A stretch of 37,173 bases of DNA from Candidatus Woesearchaeota archaeon (GTDB lineage: Archaea > Nanobdellota > Nanobdellia > SCGC-AAA011-G17 > JACPIM01): NCBI GenBank assembly GCA_964584825.1, contig CAZPBI010000004.1, positions 1 to 37,173 on the forward strand, given 5' to 3'. Below, piece after piece: positions 23,910 to 31,399 of the stretch. Made by a program: the position numbers and the translations under genes. The notes below the pieces were generated by a model that was not told the DNA's origin, made no database searches, and worked only from the letters and a program-made list of their open reading frames with translations. Each line of letters begins with the position of its first letter. The first letter of the stretch is position 1.

Positions 23910-23915
23910 CTTTAA

Positions 23916-24194
23916 TCACTCCTCTGTTAATTTTTTTAGTTTTTTGATTTCTCTGTGTGCTATATATCCTAATACAATCAATATTATTCCTATACCAAAA
24001 ATAGTTTCTCCAATTCCAAACAATTCATAATTCCAGATGCAAACTTTGTTGGAACAAGAAATAAAATTCAACATCAAAGTAATTATTGGAATAATAACTA
24101 ATGCACTACCAACACCTAAAAATATTTGTTTGATAGTTGTTAGTGTGGTTTGTTCATTTGTTTCTGAATTAGTTGCTTTTTTCATTTTTATCAT
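23916..24194 (-). CDS. 92-aa 2-TM membrane protein, paralogue of 23670..23909
   Basis: TM1, then loop CSNKVC, then TM2 (LFGIGETIFGIGIILIVLGYI). An alternative ATG at 24185 sits behind GAGGAA. Confidence 0.65.
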   Translation of the reverse strand: MIKMKKATNSETNEQTTLTTIKQIFLGVGSALVIIPIITLMLNFISCSNKVCIWNYELFGIGETIFGIGIILIVLGYIAHREIKKLKKLTEE

Positions 24195-24715
24195 TCCTCA
24201 TATTTTTTCTTCAACTTGTTTACTTCGTGTGTCAAATTCTCATTATCTTTTTGTAATCCTATAAGTTCTGTTTTCAACATTGAAATTTCTTCTCTAGAAT
24301 CCCAAAGCGACGAAGAAAGATGAGCAATAATTACTTCATCCGAAGAATTTCCCCTTAAATTCATTTCCACGATTGAAGTAAAAGGATTATAATTCAAAAT
24401 ACTTTTTCTTTCTTTTTTAACTTCTTCTTTTGGTTGTAGAGGTTTAGATTTTACCACTTCCTTTTTAATAATTTCTTTTGATTCAATTTCTTCTGTCATA
24501 ATTTTATCTCCAAAAATTTCTTTTTGTCTGTTCTCCTCCTGCTTATAATTCACCCATAAATTTTCTTCTTTGATTTTTTTAAGTGTATCAGGAAGAGTGA
24601 ATTCAGGGTTTTTTAATTTTTCTTTTTCATAAATAGTTTGAACGAATTGTTGATATTTCATTTTTTCTCCTTCATTTTTTTTCTTAATTTCTCCCAATTT
24701 CTGAATTAAGCCCAT
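24191..24715 (-). CDS. 174-aa Lys/Glu-rich protein with C-terminal coiled coil
   Basis: ATG 24715. The C-terminus is EEISMLKTELIGLQKDNENLTHEVNKLKKKYEE. I recognised no motif. Confidence 0.65.
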   Translation of the reverse strand: MGLIQKLGEIKKKNEGEKMKYQQFVQTIYEKEKLKNPEFTLPDTLKKIKEENLWVNYKQEENRQKEIFGDKIMTEEIESKEIIKKEVVKSKPLQPKEEVKKERKSILNYNPFTSIVEMNLRGNSSDEVIIAHLSSSLWDSREEISMLKTELIGLQKDNENLTHEVNKLKKKYEE

Positions 24716-24727
24716 GATTCTTCACCT

Positions 24728-25189
24728 TCAACTTGAAATAGAAAACTTTCCCACAACTTTCATTGCCTTTCCTAAAGGAGTTTTATTATCTTCATCTTTT
24801 TCACTTTTTTCTTCTTCTATAATTTCTTCCTCATTTTCATCCTCATCCTCGCTTTCATCATCATTTTCTGGTGCTTTTTTATATTCATCTTCCCAAACAA
24901 CTTCTCCATCACTATCAAGAGTGTATGTATCACTATATTCTACCTTTAAATTATTCTTTTCAAAAAACCTAAGAATGTAGGAAAGAATTCCTGGGTGCGC
25001 TGTACGTATCGCTGAAAGTGTATAGAATTTTTCATCTACTATATATGTGATTATTGCTTCAAATTCATCTCCGCTATCTTTCAATTCAATTAAAGTTTTA
25101 TCATCCCCATATTCCCTCACTCTCCATCCATCTCTTAAAAGCAAATTTGCTAAGAAATCTATTCTTTCTTTTTCATTTTTTTCAGGCAT
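24728..25189 (-). CDS. 153-aa protein with globular N-domain and long poly-acidic C-terminal tail
   Basis: The tail is APENDDESEDEDENEEEIIEEEKSEKDEDNK. It begins 2 nt after the RHH gene stop. Confidence 0.7.
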   Translation of the reverse strand: MPEKNEKERIDFLANLLLRDGWRVREYGDDKTLIELKDSGDEFEAIITYIVDEKFYTLSAIRTAHPGILSYILRFFEKNNLKVEYSDTYTLDSDGEVVWEDEYKKAPENDDESEDEDENEEEIIEEEKSEKDEDNKTPLGKAMKVVGKFSISS

Positions 25190-25191
25190 AT

Positions 25192-25329
25192 TTATTCACC
25201 TGCTTTTTCTTCACAAAATTCTTTCATAAATTTTGTTATTTCATCTTTCATAGAAGTTTGTAATTTTGCACATTTGGATTTAAAATTAGCATGAACTTCA
25301 TCGTCAATTTCTAATAGAATTTTTTTCAT
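25192..25329 (-). CDS. 45-aa ribbon-helix-helix (Arc/MetJ/CopG-like) candidate regulator (below ORF-track cutoff)
   Basis: MKKILLEIDDEVHANFKSKCAKLQTSMKDEITKFMKEFCEEKAGE. The pattern is a beta-strand (ILLEID), helix, turn, helix. It is the first gene of the leftward 25.3-21.3 kb unit. Confidence 0.45.
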   Translation of the reverse strand: MKKILLEIDDEVHANFKSKCAKLQTSMKDEITKFMKEFCEEKAGE

Positions 25330-25387
25330 TTTAACACCTATTTTTTACCTATTTTTTATTTAATTAATATATATATAAATAATGACC

Positions 25388-25424
25388 TTTATAAATCTTT
25401 TTATTTTGGACAGGAGTTTGAAGG
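25388..25424 (-). promoter_or_regulatory. Leftward promoter (TATA 25388-25395, minus sense) with C-rich upstream element
   Basis: The minus-sense reading CCTTCAAACTCCTGTCC-AAAATAAAAAGA-TTTATAAA lies about 60 nt upstream of ATG 25329. It aligns with 20832..20873 and 26040..26082. Confidence 0.5.
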
Positions 25425-25576
25425 TATTTTTGGTTGTTTTGGCAGTGTTTAGGTAAATAACTATAACCTAAATAAGGTTTGACAGGTGTTGTATATTAGT
25501 TAGTGAGTAGGAGTTGTTTAGTTTTTAGAAGATGTAGTATAATATATATTATATATGACTATAGTATTTATTACTG

Positions 25577-25655
25577 ACTTTTTAACTTTTTAAGGTTTTT
25601 TAAAGGTGTTTTGAGAATTTCATAATGAACTTTTTAACTTTTTAACTTTTTAACC
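25577..25655 (+). repeat. Two clusters of 8-bp tandem repeats (AACTTTTT)
   Basis: ACTTTTTAACTTTTTAAGGTTTTTTAAAGG (25577-25606) and AACTTTTTAACTTTTTAACTTTTTAACC (25628-25655). Confidence 0.8.
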
Positions 25656-25746
25656 TTTACGTAATATAAAAATATACCTATAACAGATAAACGTAATGAA
25701 CGATTTATTTATACACATATTTATATATGTACTAGGTTATTTAAAA

Positions 25747-25856
25747 AACCAAGAAACCTAATTCAAGAAGGAGAAATAATCCTTCTTTTGGTGTCTTTAT
25801 TATATGAGAAGGCTTCTTTAGGTTCTTTAATATGTTATCAAACCAAGAAACCTAAT
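25747..25856 (+). repeat. Perfect 16-mer direct repeat AACCAAGAAACCTAAT, 94 bp apart
   Basis: The copies are at 25747-25762 and 25841-25856. The first is followed by the hairpin AGAAGGAgaaataaTCCTTCT. Confidence 0.8.
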
Positions 25857-25931
25857 CTCTATACTTATAAAAGAAGGGAGATTATGTATTGTTTTATTAA
25901 AATCTGGTATAATTATAATTTTTTACTTTTG

Positions 25932-26027
25932 AGGAGTAAAATTATATGATTTTCAGCAAATGGTAAAAGAAGGTAAAATTTACTTTCTTTTAGTAAAAGT
26001 AATATATTTGATAGGAGATTTACTCCT
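25932..26027. repeat. Nested inverted repeats (cruciform-capable)
   Basis: The outer 9-bp repeat is perfect: AGGAGTAAA (25932-25940) / TTTACTCCT (26019-26027). The inner one is AAAAGAAGGTAAA (25965-25977) / TTTACTTTCTTTT (25979-25991), 12 of 13 complementary. Confidence 0.7.
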
Positions 26028-26039
26028 TTTTTCACTTTT

Positions 26040-26088
26040 CAACACCTTCAAAACACCCCGAAATAATAAAAAGGTTTATATATAACAA
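26040..26088 (+). promoter_or_regulatory. Rightward promoter of the replication operon: C-rich upstream element + A-rich spacer + TTTATATATAACAA
   Basis: CAACACCTTCAAAACACCCC-GAAATAATAAAAAGG-TTTATATATAACAA. The TATA 14-mer is identical to 20947..20960. Confidence 0.55.
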
Positions 26089-26151
26089 GGTTTATAATAT
26101 AATAATAATAAATTTGAATGATTAAAATAATAAAAAAAGGAGGAAAAAATA

Positions 26152-26451
26152 ATGGTAGAGGAGGAAAAGGAAAAAACTGAGGAAGTATATGGAAAAGTAG
26201 TTTTTAGGAGGAATATGAGGAATGTTGGTAGCTCCCTTTCAATATACTTCCCAAAAGAGTTACTTGAGTACATAGATGTGAAAGAGGGCGATGAAGTGTT
26301 AGTGTGTGGAGATGTAGGAAAGCACGGACATTTCTTAGGTATTTGGAACCCTATACAACAAGAACGAATGAAAAGAGAAAGAGAGGGCAAGGAAATGAAG
26401 AGTGATATAGAAGAAAACGAGACACCAAAAGAACATGAAATTAATGAATAA
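26152..26451 (+). CDS. AbrB/SpoVT-family DNA-binding protein (cassette 1 head)
   Basis: Strong SD AAAGGAGG. VGSSLSIYFPKELLEYIDVKEGDEV is the AbrB core. The C-terminal HGHFLGIWNPIQQERMKRE is paralogous to WGKFLAVWSTAQQERKRKE of 28376..28606. Confidence 0.7.
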   Translation: MVEEEKEKTEEVYGKVVFRRNMRNVGSSLSIYFPKELLEYIDVKEGDEVLVCGDVGKHGHFLGIWNPIQQERMKREREGKEMKSDIEENETPKEHEINE

Positions 26452-26472
26452 AAGTAAAAGGAGGTGAAAATA

Positions 26473-26655
26473 ATGACAGAAAGTAAAATAATAGAAATAG
26501 AAAAAATTTTTAATGGCTTTATTGTAGATATAGAGCCACAAAAAAAGTATTATTTCAAAAGTCTTGAAGAAGTAAAAAAACATATATCTGATTTTTTAGA
26601 TATAATAGAAGGAAATCATGAAGAACGAAGAAATGATAATTGGACACATACATAA
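26473..26655 (+). CDS. 60-aa hypothetical protein
   Basis: The tracked start 26464 is GTG. ATG 26473 follows AAAGGAGGTGA. I recognised no motif. Confidence 0.55.
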   Translation: MTESKIIEIEKIFNGFIVDIEPQKKYYFKSLEEVKKHISDFLDIIEGNHEERRNDNWTHT

Positions 26656-26672
26656 ATTTTAGGAGAGAAAAA

Positions 26673-28133
26673 ATGTACCGCTATCAGGAATTATTAAAAA
26701 TTTGGATGAAATATACTGATTGTTTTTGTGTAAGTAATGAATGGTTAAAAGAACCTCTATTTTGGGTTCTTAATTCACAATTATTGAGGGCGACATTTAC
26801 TGAAGGAGGAGTTAAACGCCCTTTAAGAGAGCATTTCTTTTGCGTGCAGGGCGCACGAACAGGGAAGGGCAGAGCAATGAGAGCTGCCAAGCATATGTTT
26901 ATGTTTTTTAATAGAGAAGAAAGAGAGAAGAGAGAAAGAATAGCGAAAGAGGCATTAAATAAAATTAATTTAGAGATGATAGGATTAGATGAAAGTAAAA
27001 GTATTGAAAATACAACTACATCTACTACAACTACAAATATTGATTTAAATAGCAATGCCGAGTTTTACAATAAGTTTGATGAAAACACACTTGATGAAGA
27101 AGGTGTGTTTAATGTAAAAGAATTATCAGGTGAAGTAACTCTTGCTGCACTAGTAGGAGGAATTGAGTATGAAAGTCATAAAGGAAAAGTGAGTAAAATC
27201 ATAAAAAAAGGAATGCTTGAAAAATATAACTATCTTTGTTGGGAAGAAGGAGGAGATTTGGTTGCTCCTAGGAATTTATATGGTAATTTAAAATCAACAA
27301 TTCTAAATGCTCTTGAAGATGCTTCTCCTATTACTCGTTCTGCAAGAAAGGATTTAAATTTAGATGGTAGTATGTCTTCTTTTTATAGCCACACAAGTGT
27401 AGCAACGGGAACTGTGTTAATACCTGAAATAACAAAGGACTTCCAAGCAAGTGGAATGTTACAAAGGTTTTTATTTAGTTATAAAAACTTTACTCCTGAT
27501 GAATATGATGATTTGATAAAAAGAATAAATCTTCTTCCTGCTCAGAGAAGTGTAGCAGAAGGAAATGAATACAAACATGAATATCATCATGCATTCTATA
27601 ACAAATACTACGAAAAGGATATTTGTTTAGGTGATAAACATACATTAGAGGAATATAATGCATTCAAGATGAAAGAAGTAGAGCCGTTGAGAAAAAAGTT
27701 TGTAGGTGATAACAAAGTTCAGACAATGATGGGGTTTATAATTCAAAACACACTGCATGACCATAAAATAGCAAGTATGATTGCTTCTCTTGAAAATGAA
27801 AAAATGGTTAGTTTGGATATGTATAAGGAAGCGAATAAATACACCTATAGTAGTTTGGAAAGTATAGCAAAATTAATGGAAAGGGATTTTACTTATGCCA
27901 AATCAGAGGGTGAGATTAAAAGGCAAGATTCAATTTTGAATATAATTAAAAATAATCAACCAATAAACCAATCTAACTTACTTGAAAAGTTAAGAAACAT
28001 TCAATCAGAAGGGAAATGGGATTTTAGGTATAATTCATCATTGAAATTATTAGAAGAGATGGAAAAAGCAAGAATAATAAAAACAACAAAAGGAGGAAAA
28101 GGTAATGTTAAATTCTATTCCTTTTCAAGATAA
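26673..28133 (+). CDS. AAA+-like ATPase with C-terminal winged helix; candidate replication initiator/helicase (distant MCM/Orc-Cdc6-like)
   Basis: The tracked start 26640 is TTG. ATG 26673 follows AGGAGAG. Deviant P-loop CVQGARTGKGRA; acidic Walker-B-like YLCWEEGGD; GMLQRFLFSY resembles the MCM arginine-finger context LLSRFDL. The C-terminal LLEKLRN...LKLLEEMEKARIIKTTKGGKGNVKFY looks like a wHTH. The assignment is tentative. Confidence 0.4.
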   Translation: MYRYQELLKIWMKYTDCFCVSNEWLKEPLFWVLNSQLLRATFTEGGVKRPLREHFFCVQGARTGKGRAMRAAKHMFMFFNREEREKRERIAKEALNKINLEMIGLDESKSIENTTTSTTTTNIDLNSNAEFYNKFDENTLDEEGVFNVKELSGEVTLAALVGGIEYESHKGKVSKIIKKGMLEKYNYLCWEEGGDLVAPRNLYGNLKSTILNALEDASPITRSARKDLNLDGSMSSFYSHTSVATGTVLIPEITKDFQASGMLQRFLFSYKNFTPDEYDDLIKRINLLPAQRSVAEGNEYKHEYHHAFYNKYYEKDICLGDKHTLEEYNAFKMKEVEPLRKKFVGDNKVQTMMGFIIQNTLHDHKIASMIASLENEKMVSLDMYKEANKYTYSSLESIAKLMERDFTYAKSEGEIKRQDSILNIIKNNQPINQSNLLEKLRNIQSEGKWDFRYNSSLKLLEEMEKARIIKTTKGGKGNVKFYSFSR

Positions 28134-28375
28134 AAGTAAAGAGAATACAATACAAAATACTACTACTCATCAAAAGATTGAATAGAAAATGAAAAATTAA
28201 AAAAATAAAGATAAAAAAGGAAAAAAAATAGTGATGAATTATATGTTTTTTTCAAGATAAGGATTAATTGATTAATTATAAAAAATTAAGTATACCTATA
28301 TATTTAAATATAACCTCCTATATAATATATTAAAGGTTATAAGAGATTTATAAAATTGTATAAAGGAATGATAAG

Positions 28376-28606
28376 ATGGCGGAAGAACCAATTAGTAAAG
28401 AAGTATACAAGAAAAACTTATACGACACTGGAGGCTCACTTGCTGTAGTAATTCCAAAAAACTTTTTAGATGAACTGGAGTTAGAGTTGGGAAAAGAGAC
28501 AGAAGTAATGATGTGTATAGATGAGGGAAAGTGGGGAAAGTTTTTAGCAGTATGGAGTACCGCACAGCAAGAGAGAAAGAGAAAAGAAATGAAAGAAGAG
28601 AAATGA
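28376..28606 (+). CDS. AbrB/SpoVT-family DNA-binding protein (cassette 2 head)
   Basis: TGGSLAVVIPKNFLDELELELGKETEV is the AbrB core. TTTATAAAA lies about 27 nt upstream of the ATG, so the transcript may be near-leaderless. Confidence 0.7.
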   Translation: MAEEPISKEVYKKNLYDTGGSLAVVIPKNFLDELELELGKETEVMMCIDEGKWGKFLAVWSTAQQERKRKEMKEEK

Positions 28607-28630
28607 AAAGATTTGTGAGGAGGTAAGAAA

Positions 28631-29704
28631 ATGGTAAGTAAGGAAGAAGTATTCAAATATATTATAGATGGGGGTCTATCTACACCTGAGAAATTAGAAG
28701 AAGCATATAAAGTAGTTTGGAATGATTCATTAATAGTACATCCTGGAATGAGTGAAGAGCAACGCACAGCTTATATATTGACAATAATATTAGGAAGAGT
28801 AAAAGGTGTTTTTGGTTTGGGAGGATTTTTTATTGGTTATGGTGACCAGTTTGATGTTAATGTAAAAGCAAGAAAACGGGCACTACAACTTAATCACTAT
28901 TCTACAGAAGGTTCTACAGTAGGAAAACTCATATACAAAGATATGCCAACCAATCAAAATTTTAGGGAAGGAGAAATTATTCCTACAGAGGCAGAAAGTT
29001 TATCAAGATTGTGCTATGGAGTGTTTTGGGAAAAGAATAAGGAAGGAAAAATTCCTGATATTTCCTTATGGAAGCCGTTTAGTTTGTGGTTAAGAGAAAC
29101 CAACGATGTGTTTCCTTTATTTACTGTGTTGGAATTTAGAGCAACAGGAAAAATAACAGGAACAACACCTACTCTTAATTCAGATGGAATTTCCTACAAA
29201 ATTGTAAAAGACGAGAAGATAAACTTTCCACAAATAGCAAAACTATTTTTGAAAAACAATATCACAACACTGAAAGATTTGCCTAACTTCCAGAAAGTTG
29301 TTGGTTTTCCAATAGAGATAATTAATGCACAAGTAGTTAGGTTTACAAAAACCTCGCCTAGTAAAAAGGCAGATGTAGTAGAGTTGAGAAGTTATAGTAG
29401 AAATATTGAAGAGCTGGATACAGAAACACCAAACTATACATTATTTATCAATAAACAACTTGATTTGGATTTGCATGAAGGAGATATAGTATGGTGTGTT
29501 GTGGATAAATTTACAGGAAGAGATGGTAGTATTGGAGTAAGGGGTTATGGGTTTTGGATAGAGGAAAGTAATGCTCCTATTTCTCCTCCTCAACCTCTTA
29601 CTATTGAGAATATATCTACAAATTCTCCTATAATAGAAGGAACAACTACAGTAATTAGTGAAGAAAAAACAGAAGGCGAAAATAAGGAGGAAACAGAATG
29701 GTAG
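28631..29704 (+). CDS. 357-aa protein, possible ssDNA-binding protein (OB-like C-terminal half + acidic tail ending in Trp)
   Basis: SD GAGGAGGT. The segment AQVVRFTKTS...VVELRS...LHEGDIVWCVVDKFTGRDGSIGVRGYGFWI looks like an OB-fold. The acidic C-terminal tail EEKTEGENKEETEW is typical of SSB tails. The position matches that of SSB in phage replication modules. Confidence 0.3.
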   Translation: MVSKEEVFKYIIDGGLSTPEKLEEAYKVVWNDSLIVHPGMSEEQRTAYILTIILGRVKGVFGLGGFFIGYGDQFDVNVKARKRALQLNHYSTEGSTVGKLIYKDMPTNQNFREGEIIPTEAESLSRLCYGVFWEKNKEGKIPDISLWKPFSLWLRETNDVFPLFTVLEFRATGKITGTTPTLNSDGISYKIVKDEKINFPQIAKLFLKNNITTLKDLPNFQKVVGFPIEIINAQVVRFTKTSPSKKADVVELRSYSRNIEELDTETPNYTLFINKQLDLDLHEGDIVWCVVDKFTGRDGSIGVRGYGFWIEESNAPISPPQPLTIENISTNSPIIEGTTTVISEEKTEGENKEETEW

Positions 29705-30639
29705 AAAATGAAAAAGCAGATAATTTATTGTTTATGCCTTCACAACCACAACAAACTCAGATTGTTGGAGAGAAAAAAGAAATAACAAAAACTCCTGTAA
29801 AAGAATCAACATCAGAGGAATTGATAAAATTTACAGATGAGGATATTAGGAAATATTTATTTGATGGAGAAACAGATATGGAAAAGAAATTATGTACATT
29901 AATTTATGGGGTGGATGGGACTGGGAAATCGGGAATTGTTCTAAATTATATTGCCAAAAATTTGAAAGATGAGGAAAAGTCTGTCATAATTGATTTAGAT
30001 AGCGGTTGTCTTCCATTAATAGCAAGTTATTATCCAGAAAAAGCAAAACAAATGATTGTAAGAAATCCAATAAGTATGACTTTTTTAGAAAATGAAGTAG
30101 TTTTGGACTATAAACTTACTCTTTCAAGAATTAAGGCGATTGTTGATTTTGTTAAACGTTATCATAAGAAAGAGAAGATAAAAGCACTTACAATTGATGG
30201 AATTAGTACACTCCTAAAGTATGCAGAAAGACAAATGAGACTTGAAAAGCATATTGCACCCGATGGGGGAGTTGTAAACAGATTTTGGATGGTTCGTAAC
30301 CAAATGTTTGAAGAGATTTTAGAAGAGGCAAAAAGTATAGGTATTAATGTATTTTTTATAAGCCAAGAGGATTTTATTCCTATTCCTCAAGGAGTAGTTG
30401 ATGATTCAGGTAATCCTCAAAAATTAAGTAGCATCAAAAGTAAAGCTAACGCAATGGCTCATCAAAAAATAAGATGTTTTAGAAAAGATGATATTGATAA
30501 AGTAGAATATATAGCAATTATCGACAAGAGCAAATATAATTCTCTCTGCGACGGGAAAAGTATTGTTTTTTGTACAGTTGATAAAAAAGCAAAAACTGTT
30601 ACATTTGACACAAGTGAAATTTTCAAGGAGTTAATTTAG
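29698..30639 (+). CDS. RecA-superfamily ATPase of the Sak4/AAA_24 type (recombination/annealing helper)
   Basis: Walker A is LIYGVDGTGKSG and Walker B is ALTIDGISTL. The later FWMVRNQMFEEILEEAKSIGINVFFISQE follows the AAA_24 pattern. The ATG overlaps the previous stop. Confidence 0.55.
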   Translation: MVENEKADNLLFMPSQPQQTQIVGEKKEITKTPVKESTSEELIKFTDEDIRKYLFDGETDMEKKLCTLIYGVDGTGKSGIVLNYIAKNLKDEEKSVIIDLDSGCLPLIASYYPEKAKQMIVRNPISMTFLENEVVLDYKLTLSRIKAIVDFVKRYHKKEKIKALTIDGISTLLKYAERQMRLEKHIAPDGGVVNRFWMVRNQMFEEILEEAKSIGINVFFISQEDFIPIPQGVVDDSGNPQKLSSIKSKANAMAHQKIRCFRKDDIDKVEYIAIIDKSKYNSLCDGKSIVFCTVDKKAKTVTFDTSEIFKELI

Positions 30640-30661
30640 AAAATAAAAGGAGTTGATATAA

Positions 30662-31399
30662 ATGACAAGGTTTGAAGTAAATGCAGAAACTTTGAGTAGC
30701 TTTTTCAGTAAAATAAACCTAGATGAATTTAACATTAAGGTGTGTAAGGAAGGTTGGTTCGTAGAGGGAATCGACAGAGAGAATTTAAGCGCTGTTTTTG
30801 GAATATTGAAAAAGAATGCTTTTTTCACATACCCTACAATTGAAGAAGAAAAATTAATAGGAATTGAAAGTAAGGAAAAGTTTTTAAAATTCCTTGAAAG
30901 ATTTGATGATAAAATATCAATAGAAGTAAAGGAGAAAGTGTTATATATAATTTCACTAAATCGCCAACTGGAGATGATACTTCCACATGAAAGTATTTTG
31001 GTCAAAACCAAGCAACCTAATCTAACATATCAAGGAAATTTTACAATAAAATCAGAGGTGTTTAAACAAGCGGTAAAGAATAATCAATTACTTGAATCGA
31101 GTAAATACATACTACAAATAACAGAAGGAGAATTATCAATTGTCTCCACAAACAATGTTGATAAGATTATTGAAATAGCGAAAATAAACTACCCAAATTG
31201 TAAGGGAGTATTTGGAGATAAAATTAGAGAGGTATTTACTCCATTAAGCGGAGATGTTAAAATTTCACTTTCTACAAACTATCCCCTGCTAATAGAGTAC
31301 GAAGATAAAGTAAGTGAGTTGAAATATGTGATTGCGCCAATTGTAGAGGAGGAAAATTATGGAAAAGATAATGCCGTGGGTGGAGAAGTACCGGCCTAA
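30662..31399 (+). CDS. pcna: PCNA-type sliding clamp
   Basis: The 245-aa length is typical of PCNA. The N-terminus is MTRFEVNAETLSSFFSKINLDEFNIKVCKEGWFVEGID. The C-terminal ELKYVIAPIVEEE matches the PCNA signature (human HLKYYLAPKIEDEE). Confidence 0.85.
   Translation: MTRFEVNAETLSSFFSKINLDEFNIKVCKEGWFVEGIDRENLSAVFGILKKNAFFTYPTIEEEKLIGIESKEKFLKFLERFDDKISIEVKEKVLYIISLNRQLEMILPHESILVKTKQPNLTYQGNFTIKSEVFKQAVKNNQLLESSKYILQITEGELSIVSTNNVDKIIEIAKINYPNCKGVFGDKIREVFTPLSGDVKISLSTNYPLLIEYEDKVSELKYVIAPIVEEENYGKDNAVGGEVPA

Larger units (their letters stand above)
25425..26039. other. Repeat-rich non-coding core between back-to-back promoters; putative replication origin / control hub
   Basis: There is no ORF with an SD. 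It contains 8-bp tandem arrays, a 16-mer direct repeat, nested inverted repeats and a 75-nt C-free stretch (25484-25558). It sits at the gene-orientation switch and next to the replication operon. Confidence 0.4.

Noticed and set aside
24714-24980. 88-aa plus-strand Ser-rich ORF
   Set aside because: It is the antisense reading of the poly-acidic (GAA/GAT-rich) tail of 24728..25189.
25577-25655. Possibility that the repeats in the 25.4-26.0 kb non-coding region form a mini CRISPR array
   Set aside because: The units are 8 bp or a single 16-mer pair. There are no 25-40 bp repeats separated by unique spacers of similar length, and no cas genes are nearby.
26076-26583. Minus-strand ORFs 26076..26390 and 26335..26583
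   Set aside because: They are antisense to the first AbrB-like gene and the 60-aa ORF. Their composition is Ser/Phe/Tyr-rich, with no SD or motif.
26640-26672. N-terminal extension MDTYINFRREK of the AAA+-like ORF as given in the track
   Set aside because: That start is TTG with no SD, and it overlaps the end of the previous gene. ATG 26673 is preceded by AGGAGAG at proper spacing. Similar GTG/TTG track starts were trimmed at 11157, 21728, 23655, 26464 and 33415.
28122-28260. Duplicate of the last ~12 nt of the AAA+ gene (ttttcaagataa at 28122-28133 and 28249-28260), possibly a recombination scar or a second gene end
   Set aside because: Only about 12 nt are identical, with degenerate flanks, and the second copy closes only an 8-codon ORF. 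This is too short to separate from chance in AT-rich DNA.
28348-28767. 139-aa minus-strand ORF overlapping the second AbrB-like gene and the start of the SSB-like gene
   Set aside because: It is antisense to two well-supported SD-led genes. The product is Ser/Phe-rich and low-complexity, and there is no SD.
30631-31011. 126-aa minus-strand ORF
   Set aside because: It is antisense to the PCNA gene, whose assignment is strong.
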